Source of the DNA: Octopus bimaculoides
Lineage: Eukaryota
DNA: 64,000 nt
NCBI RefSeq assembly: GCF_001194135.2
Contig: NC_068984.1
Span: 90,720,223 to 90,784,222, forward strand
Reading direction: 5' to 3'
Shown: positions 12,853-23,800 of the stretch, piece by piece
Position numbering within the stretch: position 1 is the first letter of the stretch
Layout of the letters: each line of letters begins with the position of its first letter
Program-made: the position numbers and the translations under genes
The notes under the pieces: model-generated
Databases searched by the model: none
Told to the model about the DNA's origin: nothing
What the model saw: the letters and a program-made list of their open reading frames with translations, nothing else

Positions 12853-13118
12853 TTTTCGAGGCTCCTGTGCAAGTGGCACATAAAAAACAGCATTTGAGCA
12901 TGGCTGTTGCCAGTACTGCCTGACTGGTCCTCATGCCAGTGGCACGTAAAAGCACCCACTACACTCTTGGAGTGGTTGGTGTTAGGAAGGGCATCCAGCT
13001 GTAGAAACTCTGCCAAATCAGATTGGAGCTTGGTGTAGCCATCTGGTTCACCAGTCCTCAGTCAAATCGTCCAACCCATGCTAGCATGGAAAGCGGACGT
13101 TAAACGATGATGATGATG
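12853..13118 (+). mobile_element. SINE with (GAT)n tail inserted in family-1 copy B
   Basis: gtggttggtgttaggaagggcatccagctgtagaaac...ggacgttaaacgatgatgatg; the flanks rejoin as in copy C (tgtgtccttata|..gaatctagcacc). Confidence 0.85.
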
Positions 13119-13151
13119 GAATCTAGCACCCCCACTCAGCTCAAAACAATA

Positions 13152-13196
13152 TCTGTGTATCACGATTTCCGAGTTATTTCCCTTCATCAGCACAGA
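13152..13196 (-). ncRNA. Type I hammerhead ribozyme (family 1, copy B), core intact, stem II weakened
   Basis: - strand: UCUGUG CUGAUGA AGGG aaauaa CUCG GAAA UCGUGA UA^ CACAGA; AUA triplet; 10.1-11.1 is an A.G mismatch. Confidence 0.78.
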
Positions 13197-13316
13197 ATAA
13201 TTGTTTGGCTAGAGGTAGCGCTGCCAAATTTCTGTTTGAAATATATAGTTTTCAAAGTGACAACTAGTCACTGATCTATAAATTAGAGAATTACTATTTT
13301 TAAATCTCAAACAATA

Positions 13317-13692
13317 TAAGGACATAGATCGTGTTGTATTGCCAGATGTCTCCTGCTACTAAATTACAGCAACATTGCCATGTTATGTTGGCAAACAATC
13401 TTTACTACAAAGTACTGTTGTTGAATATCTCTCGTTGTGAGATACATTTCAAACGGGAATTTGGCAGCACCACCGCTAGCCAAACAATTATTCTGTGCTG
13501 ATGAAGGGAAATAACCCAGAAATTGCGAGACACAGATATTGTTTTGAGCTGAGTTGGGGGTGCTAGATTCCCTATAAGGACACAGATCATGTCATATAGC
13601 CAGCTGGAAACGATGTCTCCTGGGGTTAAATTACAGCAACATTCATCCTAAACCAGGACTGCCATGTTATGTTAGTAAACAATCTTTACTAC
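13317..13692 (+). mobile_element. HHR family-1 unit (copy C), about 1.3-1.4 tandem units, inverted relative to copy B
   Basis: gccatgttatgtt..aaacaatctttactac at 13377 and 13661 (284-bp period; about 60 bp deleted relative to B); reverse complement of 12700-13250. Confidence 0.8.
13492..13536 (+). ncRNA. Type I hammerhead ribozyme (family 1, copy C), degenerate
   Basis: TCTGTG CTGATGA AGGG aaataa CCCA GAAA TTGCGA GA CACAGA; U16.1->G at 13529. Confidence 0.75.
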
Positions 13693-14637
13693 TTATTTTA
13701 TGTTGGCGAGTCATAGGAGTTATCCACAATGATCTCCCTGGGCAAACATTCTAGAAGCTTCTAAAACATTGGATTTATGTCCCTTTTACTAATCCAAATG
13801 AGCCATAGAATGTTCTAGGATGTAATTTAGTCATCAGGTGGAACCACCAGTCTTTGGGCTACATGTTGAATAGCCGCAGAACTTTTATCTCTCTTCAGTC
13901 ATCAGACTTCATGCTAGACACATCTCTGTGTTCAGAGCACATAGATTTTGCTATACATGGTCCAAGGAATCAAAAATGCCTTAGTGGCGCAACCGTGTAT
14001 CCCCGAACTATTTAAGTTGCATAACATGTGCACGACTTCCTTTTACATGAGAAATAGACCTAAGTGGCATACAAAATTCTTTTGTACATTTTAATTTACC
14101 TTCTACAGATGGAACGTGACAAGGCAAAATAGTATGTACACGTTCTTCATTTATGTGCCGCTTCAACCAAAGCATCTTATTGGTGAATTCTTACCTGGTT
14201 CTAAATTGGTATTAAATTATTTGGGAAGTTCAAGAATGGCTCTTTCATTTATTCCAATCAAGAATGCATTTTACCTTTTGTAACATGAGGATTTTTGCTT
14301 CTGAATTAACCTCTTGTTCCAGCAGTAACAAGGCCAAGTTATAGCCTTAACTCTTATTACTGTGGCCTACTCCATTGTTACATAGTCAAAGCATATAATT
14401 GTATACATTGGGTAATTATAGTCCCTGTCAGTATATATTTATTTGAATAATTCAAGTAGAGGAAAACCACTGACCAATGTTTTCATTTTAAAATTATATT
14501 TTTACCACTTTAATGTAAGATATCTGTTTATTCAAAATTCTTTATTTAATTGAAAAGGTAAGCACAACCATTACAATCAACTCATTATAAGGATATTCTT
14601 TTTTTAACTTATAGAAAATAAACTTCATTTCTTGCAG

Positions 14638-14759
14638 GATTTGAAACCTGCTAATTTATTAATAAGTTCCACTGGACATTTGAAAATTGCTGATTTTGGT
14701 CTAGCCAGAGTTTTCCAGAACAGTAATAACTGTGAGTACAGTCACCAAGTGGCTACAAG
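14638..14759 (+). CDS. CDK20: CDK20 exon: [40 protein letters not shown](R)
   Basis: cttgcag/gtaaga; completes HRD, carries DFG and the T-loop. Confidence 0.97.
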
Positions 14760-14964
14760 GTAAGATTGTCAATTTATGTAAAGTTTACTGTTATAACTGA
14801 ACTTGGGTCTACTTTGTCCTCTTTCCATTTACACCATCTTCATGGCCTTCATGAAGGCATGAAGATAGTGTAAAGAGGAAGCAAAGCCCACACACACATG
14901 CACAAAAGAGCAAAGATACAACACTTCTAAAAACTGCATATTTTACTACATAAACAGGGTGTAG

Positions 14965-15158
14965 AACTGGCAAAATTGTAAGAGCATCAGATAAAAATGC
15001 TTTGCAGTATTTTTTCCAACTCATTGCATTTTGAGTTCAAATTCTGCCAAAGTCAACTCTGCCTTCCAGGGTCAATAAAGTGAGTATTGGGGTCAATGTA
15101 ATTGGCTGGCCCCTCTCACCCAAAATTTCAAGCCTTGTGTCTATAAAAGAAAGAATTT
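14965..15158 (+). mobile_element. tRNA-derived SINE (GTTCAAATTC B-box family)
   Basis: gagttcaaattctgcc B-box-like motif; homologous to 33520-33735, about 17930-18140 and about 4370-4480. Confidence 0.6.
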
Positions 15159-15223
15159 TACTTCATAAATAATTCATTTGCTTATCCATATTTTACTTTT
15201 AGTTTAATCTTCTTTTTTTGTAG

Positions 15224-15286
15224 GTGGTACAGAGCTCCAGAACTTTTGTATGGAGCTAGGAAGTATGATGAAGGTGTTGATTTATG
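15224..15286 (+). CDS. CDK20: CDK20 exon: [20 protein letters not shown](W)
   Basis: tttgtag/gtaaat; APE motif; phase 2 in and out. Confidence 0.97.
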
Positions 15287-16125
15287 GTAAATATATTTTC
15301 AGAGTAATTTCCTTCAATGAAAATTGTAATTAAAATGAATTGACTGTAATTTATAATTTTCCAAACAGTAGAAAGGTTAATTCATTAAAGACTACATTTA
15401 TCTGAAAAAGAGAGATTGTAAACTGCTGTGGAAAGATTTTGTTGGTTACTGTATAAACTCTAATTCTAAACTGTCATCTTAACCAGCATTAGCTTTTCTG
15501 AAATAATTGTAATTAAAAGAATTTAATCCACTTTTTAGAAGTTTTCAATGGTGAATTAATGATAAAGAAAAAAAAAATCCTTAAATTATTAGATTTTAAA
15601 TGTCCTATAGTTTTTAAGTAGCAGTGTAGTAAAGTAAGTAGAATTATTACTGTGATGGTGGCAATAAATGAGATATGTTGCCTTACCATTTTTTTGGGGT
15701 GGGTGCAGCCTGTTAATATCAGTGTGAAATTAAGGAAAAGACTATCCCCCATCTCTGTTCCCAAGTGCAGTTTACTGGTTTCTCTGTATCACTATGATCT
15801 TGTTATATTTACAAAAGAATATAAGATGGAACAGAAAATAAAATAAACACTTTTAGTATTAAAGTTTTACTACTCTTTTGTAAAAGTATTTGAGTTGTCA
15901 TTAACTGGAATACATTAACATTTGTTATTAAGAGGTGTTTTTAGTGTCACATAACCAGCAATAATCTTTGTTGCTTTCTCCAGGCCTTTGTTTAACTCAA
16001 GATAAATGGTGCAGGATTAAAATGAAGTACTTGGGTGTCAGAGTTGTCAACCTCATTAGGAGGCACTAATATCCATAGGATTTTGTTTATGTTAATTTTG
16101 TTACATTGTTCATCAGTGTTTGAAT

Positions 16126-16159
<34 letters not shown>

Positions 16160-16363
16160 CAGGAAGCTTTCAGTTTCTGTCTACTTATTTTAAATATATC
16201 AGAGAAGTTGTTACCAATGAATGTATTTAAATTTCTGTTATTTAGTTGCCAAGATTGAACCAAGTATTTTGACAATTTTTATGTATTATTTTCAGTTGTT
16301 GCATTTTATTTGCAAATATTTTATATTTATGATTAATCATAAAGCCTTTTATTTCACTTTCAG

Positions 16364-16415
16364 GGCTGTAGGCTGTATTTTTGGAGAGTTATTGAACAAC
16401 TCCCCACTTTTCCCA
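16364..16415 (+). CDS. CDK20: CDK20 exon: AVGCIFGELLNNSPLFP
   Basis: ctttcag/gtatgt; frame consistent with neighbouring exons. Confidence 0.96.
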
Positions 16416-17007
16416 GTATGTCTACTTACATCATTTCATTGTTATATGTTAACATTACATGTTTTGATATAATTTTATTTACATATTTATCACCTCTTGT
16501 TTCAATCTTGTTGCCCAATTTCAATACTTCTCTCAATTTGTTGTTAAAATAGCATTATCCTAAATTATATATTCCAATGACCAAGGATATTAAATGTCTT
16601 CCTTTTGGCTAAAGAGTAATGAATTCTTATTCTCTTGCTGGTGCTGTGAAGATCCCTTGAGGAGGTTCTGAGTCACACACACCCCAATTGTCTAACAATA
16701 TAGCAAACCAGATATGAGGGACTATCTCAATGAAGTAGCAAACATACCTAAAAGCTTATTGCTTTTAGTTACCACTGCTGATATACTGTGTTTATCAGCA
16801 GATATTTTCACTAATATACTTTTTGTTTTAATAATTTGTTGATTGTTCTTTTCTAATTTACAAATTAATATGAATAAAAACTAACCCTAGACTCTTAAAT
16901 ATTTTTCTCTTAAGTGAAGCATAAGAAGGTATTAAGTGAATTTAATGACTTGCTTTTATGTTTAAATAAATAAATAAATCTGTTGTTTTTTTGTTTCCTC
17001 CTATTAG

Positions 17008-17079
17008 GGTGATAATGATATTGAGCAGCTGTGTTGTGTATTGAGAGTTTTGGGGACACCAACTGAGAAAACATGGCCG
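17008..17079 (+). CDS. CDK20: CDK20 exon: GDNDIEQLCCVLRVLGTPTEKTWP
   Basis: ctattag/gtaatc; 24 codons. Confidence 0.96.
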
Positions 17080-18675
17080 GTAATCATTGTTAAATTTTAG
17101 TGTTTTTCTAATAAACCATAGTATGTTGCAGTAGGTTAGTTTTGAGGACTGTTATTAAGCATTTGGTGCACTAAATGCCTTACAATATTTGATTCAGTTC
17201 CTCTGACTTCAAGTCTCATTAGACTTGGTTTACCCTTTCATATAGTTAAACAATAAGTATTTCTATCATTACAACTATTAGTCTTATATCTGGCAAGAAT
17301 CAGTGTCATGCATTTCTCATACAGAGCTTCTATAGTGTCTCGATTAGAATATGTCTTTCATCATGGTTTAATCTTTTTCTTTATAAAAAGAAAGCACAAT
17401 AATATGGGGTAACTAAAAAGATGATATAGTACAAATACCAGTTAATACAGTATAACTATAAAGCCAATAACTTCCACTATTGTAACTGCCAGTACTACTG
17501 AGTATATTAAAATTGTAAACACCACCTGATAGTATGTAAATATGACCTAATATAATGTAATGGAAAATACAGTACCTAAAGCTACTCTATTGCACACCTG
17601 TCCAAATTATAGCATCATGCAAAACAAGTTATTCTCAATCATTTGTTATTTTCAATACCAAGGCAATATTATATTTTTCCCATCTCTGTTTCTCTTTCTC
17701 TCTTCCACACACACACACACACATTTGAAGTTCTCAGTACCTTAAAAAATTCCTTAAAAGATATTAGATATAGATAACAGAGAAAGCTTACATATGATGC
17801 TACTTTCAATTTAAGTGGTTTAATTTAGTCTTGAGTAACAAACGTTTGTTTACCATTTTATTTCTCTTTCATTTATTCTATATTTGAAATTTCAAAAGTA
17901 GAACACTTAGAAAGTGTCATTTGGAGGCTATATTTAGTGGTAATGAATTGGACAAAATGCCTTGCAGTATTTAGTTATGGCCCTTCACATTCTGAGTTTA
18001 AATCTCATCCAGACCATCTTTGCTTTTGATTCTTCTAGGTTTGACAAAATAAAGTACCAGTCAAGTACTAGAAATGATTCAATCTAGTATATCCTGTCTC
18101 CCAAAAAGTAAACCTTGTGCCAATTTTAGAAATCGATATTTAAGTACAGGCATAATGATGTGTTAAATCGTTTGCTTTATAACCACATTGTCCTAAGTTC
18201 CATGCTACTGTTAAGCAACTTGGCAAAGTGTCCACAACCACAGTCTCAGCCTTATGAGCAAAATTTAGTTGTCAGACCCTGAAAATTAATTTGCTTGCTT
18301 GCTTTTGTAAGATTGAAAATATTAGTAAATTAAATGAAAATCTCAGTTGCATCTCTTTATGACCTCTTTCAAGGTCAATAAAATAAATACCAGGTTAAAA
18401 TTTTGGTGCCCTAGCATGGCTTCAGTCTAGAGCTAAAACTAGTAAAATCTTCTCCTCTCACACATGCCAAAAACTGACAGAATAGGATTCCTTACATTTC
18501 AACTAAGTTGTTAGTGGTAGGAAGGACATCTAACTGTAAAATTAAATCTAACAATATTTAAATAGATGTAAAACAGTTAAGAGCAATTTCTTCACTCATC
18601 TATGTAGTTCTGACAATGAACCAAAAAAATTTGTTATGCAATTTATTTTAAAATTTTTTTATTTTGTTATTGAAG

Positions 18676-18831
18676 GGAATGTCCGAATTACCAGATTTTA
18701 AGAAGATTACTTTCCCAGAAAATCCAGCAATTCCTATCAAAGAAATAGTTCCAGATGCTTCAGCTCATGCATCAGATCTACTGGGAAAGTTTCTTGTGTA
18801 TCCTTCAAAAGAGAGGATAGCAGCCAAAAAG
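18676..18831 (+). CDS. CDK20: CDK20 exon: GMSELPDFKKITFPENP...DLLGKFLVYPSKERIAAKK
   Basis: ttgaag/gtacat; 52 codons; matches CDK20 ELPDYNKISF...RIAAS. Confidence 0.94.
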
Positions 18832-18926
18832 GTACATTCTTAACATTTTGTTGTGGCTCATGGCTCATTTAACTGTATTTTAACGTGTGTGGAAATGAAT
18901 TTATTGATCAGTCCTGTTTATATCAG

Positions 18927-20050
18927 TACCATATAAATTCGTGTATAGGCCGTAACATTTTCTGAGAATATATAGTAAAACCACCAGGGAACTTATCTAC
19001 AAAATCTTAATACAAAATATATTCCACTAATTCAAAATACACAATTATACAGAAATTCCTTACATCAACAAGTTAGTGTACAAGTAAACTGAAATGGACA
19101 GGTATTACATAGGCAAACTCATACTGACTAAAAAACACGAAAGTATGTTGATGATACAATTGAATGGTTACCAAAGGATGTTGATGATACAATTGAATGG
19201 CTTCATAAGTTTGTGGCTAATGAATTTAAGATTTGTGACTTATAATTTGTCAGCAATCAGAATTATAGATGAAAAGTAATGTTTTGGCATGCCAACCAAT
19301 GTCACTGCAGATTTTACAGAACATCTCAGTTTACAGAACATCTCAGTTTACAGAACATCTCAGTTTACAGAACATAAGTAACATCCCCTGGTAGTTTTAG
19401 CTTGCATTGGTGATAGGACTAAATTAAAACTTATTTTTAAAAAGGAAGCTACACCAAAGGTTAATTTTCCAAATACTACACTAATCAATGAGCAACTCAA
19501 AATATGGATGGGTGAGAATTTCATATATGTTTATTTAGACAAAATATAGTTAGAAAGGCTTCACCCTCTACTTGAACCAACATCTTTGTTAGCGAGGGAT
19601 CAATTTTGTGCACATTTGTGTGAATCACTCAAACGAGAAATTGTTATCTCAGGAGGATGTGCCATAATTCTACAATGATTAAGATGTTTCACTCAATAAT
19701 ATTTCTAAAAGGCATTTCAGGAAGTTATAAAATATCTGGGTGGTTTAAGTAAACAAAGAACTGATGAAGGAGAATACGCAAGTGTAGATATGGTTATTAA
19801 ATGATGCTTGGGAAAGCATAACCTATGACATAATTTTAAATTCTTTCAAAAAATGTATTAGTTCAAATGAACTGGATTGAATTAGGGATGAAAAGCTATT
19901 TGAAGAGTCTTTTCAGGGGTATGAGGATGAGAATTGGATAGCTCTCTACTTAACAGAAAAGAACTGGAGAATCATTAGTGTGTTAGAGCTGAGCTTAGTG
20001 ATGATGTAATAATAATAGTTTGAGAGAGTGATACTTGACAGGATTATTGG
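18927..20050 (+). mobile_element. pogo/Tigger-like (DDE_1) transposon remnant
   Basis: Terminus taccatataaattcgtgtatagg; degenerate frames VVLACIGDRTKL.LIFKK, WMGE, SLLARDQFCAHL, SFKKC.SSN match pogo DDE_1 motifs. Confidence 0.7.
19313..19375 (+). repeat. 17-bp tandem repeat (tttacagaacatctcag) x3.7
   Basis: Perfect copies starting at 19313, 19330 and 19347, partial at 19364. Confidence 0.95.
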
Positions 20051-21205
20051 TGAAATATTCTATATTGTATATTTTTTCAAATGTTTGTATTAAACTTTCT
20101 TTGGTTATCACATTGTTTATGGATTGAATGTTGTATATTTTTTATGGACAATTAGTGAATAAAAGATACATTATAAGAATATATTTCTGTTAAAAACATT
20201 ACATTTTACATATCATTTAACATTGCCCTCAATAGTAGTCCATGAAATATTTTGTTTAACTTCATACTATAAACAGCATGCTTTATTCATTCATTTACTA
20301 ATCATTTATCATTTCTGAATCTCATAATTTACTGTGGGTAAACAAACTATTTGAATCCCTCTTGACAAGATGGCAGAACCAATTAAATATTGTTAATATT
20401 TATTATTGCACTATATAGAAATTGTATAGGCCACCATAGTGTATTGTCTGTTTATTGTTGATATGTAATTTGCTCCCCTTGATACATTTTAAAACATGTT
20501 TTACATTAGTAAATATATTTGATATAATTAAAGTACATGGTGAGGGTGTGCACATGCTAGGGTAGATAGTGTGTTACTTATTTTGCTATAAGTAGATGTC
20601 AGAAAGTCAATGTTACATAGATTATATTTCTGCTTAATAAATTTTTCACAACAACCAATTTAAATACATATTACTCTAAGCACTGTGCCAATTATTACTC
20701 TCTCTCTCATTTTCAAAATAAATAAATAAATGCTTCAATTATTACAAACTCAAAAAAAAAAAAATGTTTTCTTAATTAGAATCTTAAAATGGAACATTTT
20801 AAATTTTCAGAAAGTGGAACATTTCAGACTACTCCATCCTGTGTTTCATATATAAAGATCATGAGACATTATATACAAATATATATTTTGTATATAATGT
20901 TGTATAAATTTAGATCTTTAATAATAATAAAAGATGGGGTAGTTTAGTTCTTAAGTTTAATGTGCAACCCTGATTTGTAGGTTTAAAAATCTGACCCCCC
21001 CCCCCCCAAAAAAAAACATGTATTTTGAATTAAAAAAGGTATGAAAATTCTTATCTTCAGAATAAAAATTTCTGAAATTATGAGCATAATCTTCCGTTAT
21101 TGGATCAATTTTTAAGGTACTTTAGGCTATACACATTAGGTTATACACATGAAAGAAATTTTTTATCATACTCTTATACCTGCGATTTTCTTTTACTATT
21201 TGCAG

Positions 21206-21385
21206 GCTTTACTTCATCCTTACTTTTTCAGTGTTCCTCTTCCGTGCCACCATTCAGATTTACCAGTGCCTTACAGAGGTTGGCAGATGAGACGTAGACA
21301 ACAAACACATGACTACAATCCAGATATTCCTTTGGAAAAATCTCTGCTACCTCTTGAAGCATTAACTTTTTTTATGAATCAATAA
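21206..21385 (+). CDS. CDK20: CDK20 terminal exon: ALLHPYFFSVPLPCHHSDLPVP...FFMNQ*
   Basis: tttgcag acceptor; ALLH.YFF..PLP.H.S.LP and D.PLE.SL match the CDK20 C-terminus; TAA ends at 21385. Confidence 0.93.
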   Translation, partial: ALLHPYFFSVPLPCHHSDLPVPYRGWQMRRRQQTHDYNPDIPLEKSLLPLEALTFFMNQ

Positions 21386-22756
21386 CGGACTTTTATAGAA
21401 ATTAATAGCATTTAAAATATACAAATCTTATGATTCTTGTCAAATTTATGCTTTTCTCCAACTCTATATCAGTTTTCAAATCTTTCATTAAAAAAAAGGG
21501 GGAAAGCAGCTACATTCGATCATTTTACTAAGAATGATAGTTTATTGTGGATGAAACATTGTATTGATTGACTGATGTAAAGCCATTGGAATATAATCAC
21601 CAAACTTCAAGGTGATTATATTCCAATGTGTTAGGTTGCTATAAAAAGAAAAAAGAAATATTTAATATTCCAAGAAGCCTTTAATGAAGACTCAGCTTTG
21701 CAATGAAGAGCTTTATCCAAAACATTAGATATCTCTTCTCATGGCCTAACTTTTCCTTCTATTTATAACGTTAAGCTTCATAGATGAGATAAGGATAATT
21801 ACAAAGAGATTGTTGTGGAGACCAACACAATTATATCACAAACAGATTATGATGATGATCAAAATAAAGTGTTTATTCTTTTATCAGAAATGATATATAA
21901 ATTCTGATTCTTAAGTTTAGATAGACACCTATCCACTTGACATTTGCAGCTTCCTTAATGATTATTGATGTTTATCCTAATTACAAATGAATGAAAGGAT
22001 GAGGCAATCACTTAATACTAAAATAATATGGAGTAATCAGACTATTAACCTTAGCTATAATGTTTCTTTCTTGGTTTTTGTAAAGTATATCATGAATATC
22101 TTCAGATGATATATATACATATCAATAGGTATGAAATGAGATAAATTATTAAGATATCATTGATAAAAGAAATGACTAATAAAATAATCTCAAGCTACTA
22201 ATGTTATCTAACTAGAAGAATATGTAAAAGCTTGTGCGATGATGTTTTCTTTTAACAAATGTATTTTCCTAATACTTAATAAGTTTCTTTCCACTAACAT
22301 CTTCATTCCATGCTATGAAATCTGTCCTCTGTAATATTTCTCAAAAAGAGAAAATCATTAACCTTTAGTTTTTAATAATTATCTTCATAAAAAGCAAGTT
22401 AATTCTCTTTTTATATATTTTTTGCTCTGTTAAATTTCAGTTTTTGTGCTTCTGTATAATCAGAGCTTAATCGGTGAACTTGTAATATCTTCTGTGAACA
22501 AGGTTAATTGAAATAGGCAGTAAATAAGTAGTAAACTTCAATTTACTACAGCATGTTAATTAAATATGACTGATTCATATTTTAAAAGTTTTATATTTTA
22601 CAAGTGTAGCTTCACTGATGTGTGACAATTACACAATAGATAAGATTTGATATTTTGGTTAAGAAGTTAGTAGAGTAAGAGTTAGTAAATGGTGTCAGAG
22701 TTATTTCCACGAACCCAAACTATGTTACTGAGAAGATAAGTATTGACCTCTTGAAA

Positions 22757-22959
22757 CCTTTTGATACTGACCCAGGTTCTATGACATAAACTTATTGTTT
22801 TAAAGTGATCTAAATTATGATCTTCCATAAAAATTTTATTCTAATTTGTTAAGACCCCAGCTTAATAATGATAAAGTTATTTTACTAAACACTTCATTAT
22901 TTTAATAATTAACTGAAACAAAGGCAGCATATGTTGACAAAAATATGGTAACAAAAGAG
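22757..22959. mobile_element. piggyBac-like MITE (~200 bp)
   Basis: Ends ccttttgatac and atatggtaacaaaagag+TTAA; homologous to 39757-39971 and to the ends of 55664-56717. Confidence 0.6.
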
Positions 22960-22964
22960 TTAAG

Positions 22965-23800
22965 GTCTTTCATCCACTGTGGCAGAAATTCAGTTTGAAA
23001 ATCACTCAGTAGACAACAGCAGTTAAAACATGGATGTGTAAGAAAGATTACTTTGGTAGGTAAATTATTTAGTGTGAGTTCTAGGTGAGCACTGTAGAAG
23101 TGATGAAGGTATCAAGTTGCAGGGGTACAATGGTCCTGTTTAACAAGTAACATTTGATTCAAGACATAAAAGACAGATGGAGCCCATAGACAGTAAATTT
23201 GAAGCAACGTAGTTGATATTAAGGGCAACAACACTGCTTTTTCCAAAGCATTTAAAAGTGAGAGCCACCATTTAATGACATGGCAAGCAAATCTGTTGTA
23301 AATCTGAATCTGGAAATCATTTCAGTGGTTAAGGAAGAAAGAGATCAAGAGAATCTAGATAATAACGAAAGTAATTATCTGCAACAATTTCTGTCACTTT
23401 TGAGATGTTGGAAATGTGTGCGTGTGAGAGGGAGAGAGAAAAAGAGTCAACAGTCAAAGAAGAGTGGGGTTATGTCTGGAACTGTTTGAGTGTGATGGAA
23501 GAGACACCACCAGGACTAGTCACTTTGGTAGGTTTGAACAATCAGAGGACTTTTTTTCAGTGTATGCAGTGTGGAAGCAGAACTCATAGCAGTATGGAGG
23601 CTTTGTCAGAACGAGTACTACTTAGTGCACTGTCTTGGTAGAGGAATTGAGGATAGGAGGATTTCTGTTTTGGTAGAAAAAATCTGTTTTTATTTTAAAG
23701 GTAAGACAGCTAGCAGGTTGTGTGGTGCTTGACAATATCTTTTGCTTTTCTGATTGTAGTGGTGAGTTACAGTCTCCAAGTTGGTGACTTCTTTTTGTTT
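22965..23800 (-). mobile_element. Highly degenerate CR1/Jockey-like LINE RT fragment
   Basis: Interrupted frames NISKVTEIVADNYFRYYLDS, RFTTDLLA and VVALNI resemble non-LTR RT subdomains. Confidence 0.5.

Larger units (their letters stand above)
12682..13309 (-). mobile_element. HHR family-1 unit (copy B), about 341 bp plus 22-bp terminal repeat, split by a SINE
   Basis: gaattactatttttaaatctca at 12682-12703 and 13288-13309; 606-bp spacing minus about 265 bp of SINE; homologous to 13317-13692 (inverted) and 62305-62685. Confidence 0.8.

Noticed and set aside
19761-19815. CTGATGA...GAAA hammerhead-like core
   Set aside because: No stem II or stem I pairing; lies in pogo transposase-derived sequence.
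21863-21868. AATAAA as the CDK20 polyadenylation signal
   Set aside because: Several AATAAA hexamers occur in this AT-rich region; none can be chosen without 3'-end data.
22963-23012. CTGAGTGA...GAAAGACCTTA on the - strand
   Set aside because: Extra base in the core, no stem I or II; overlaps a LINE RT remnant and a MITE end.
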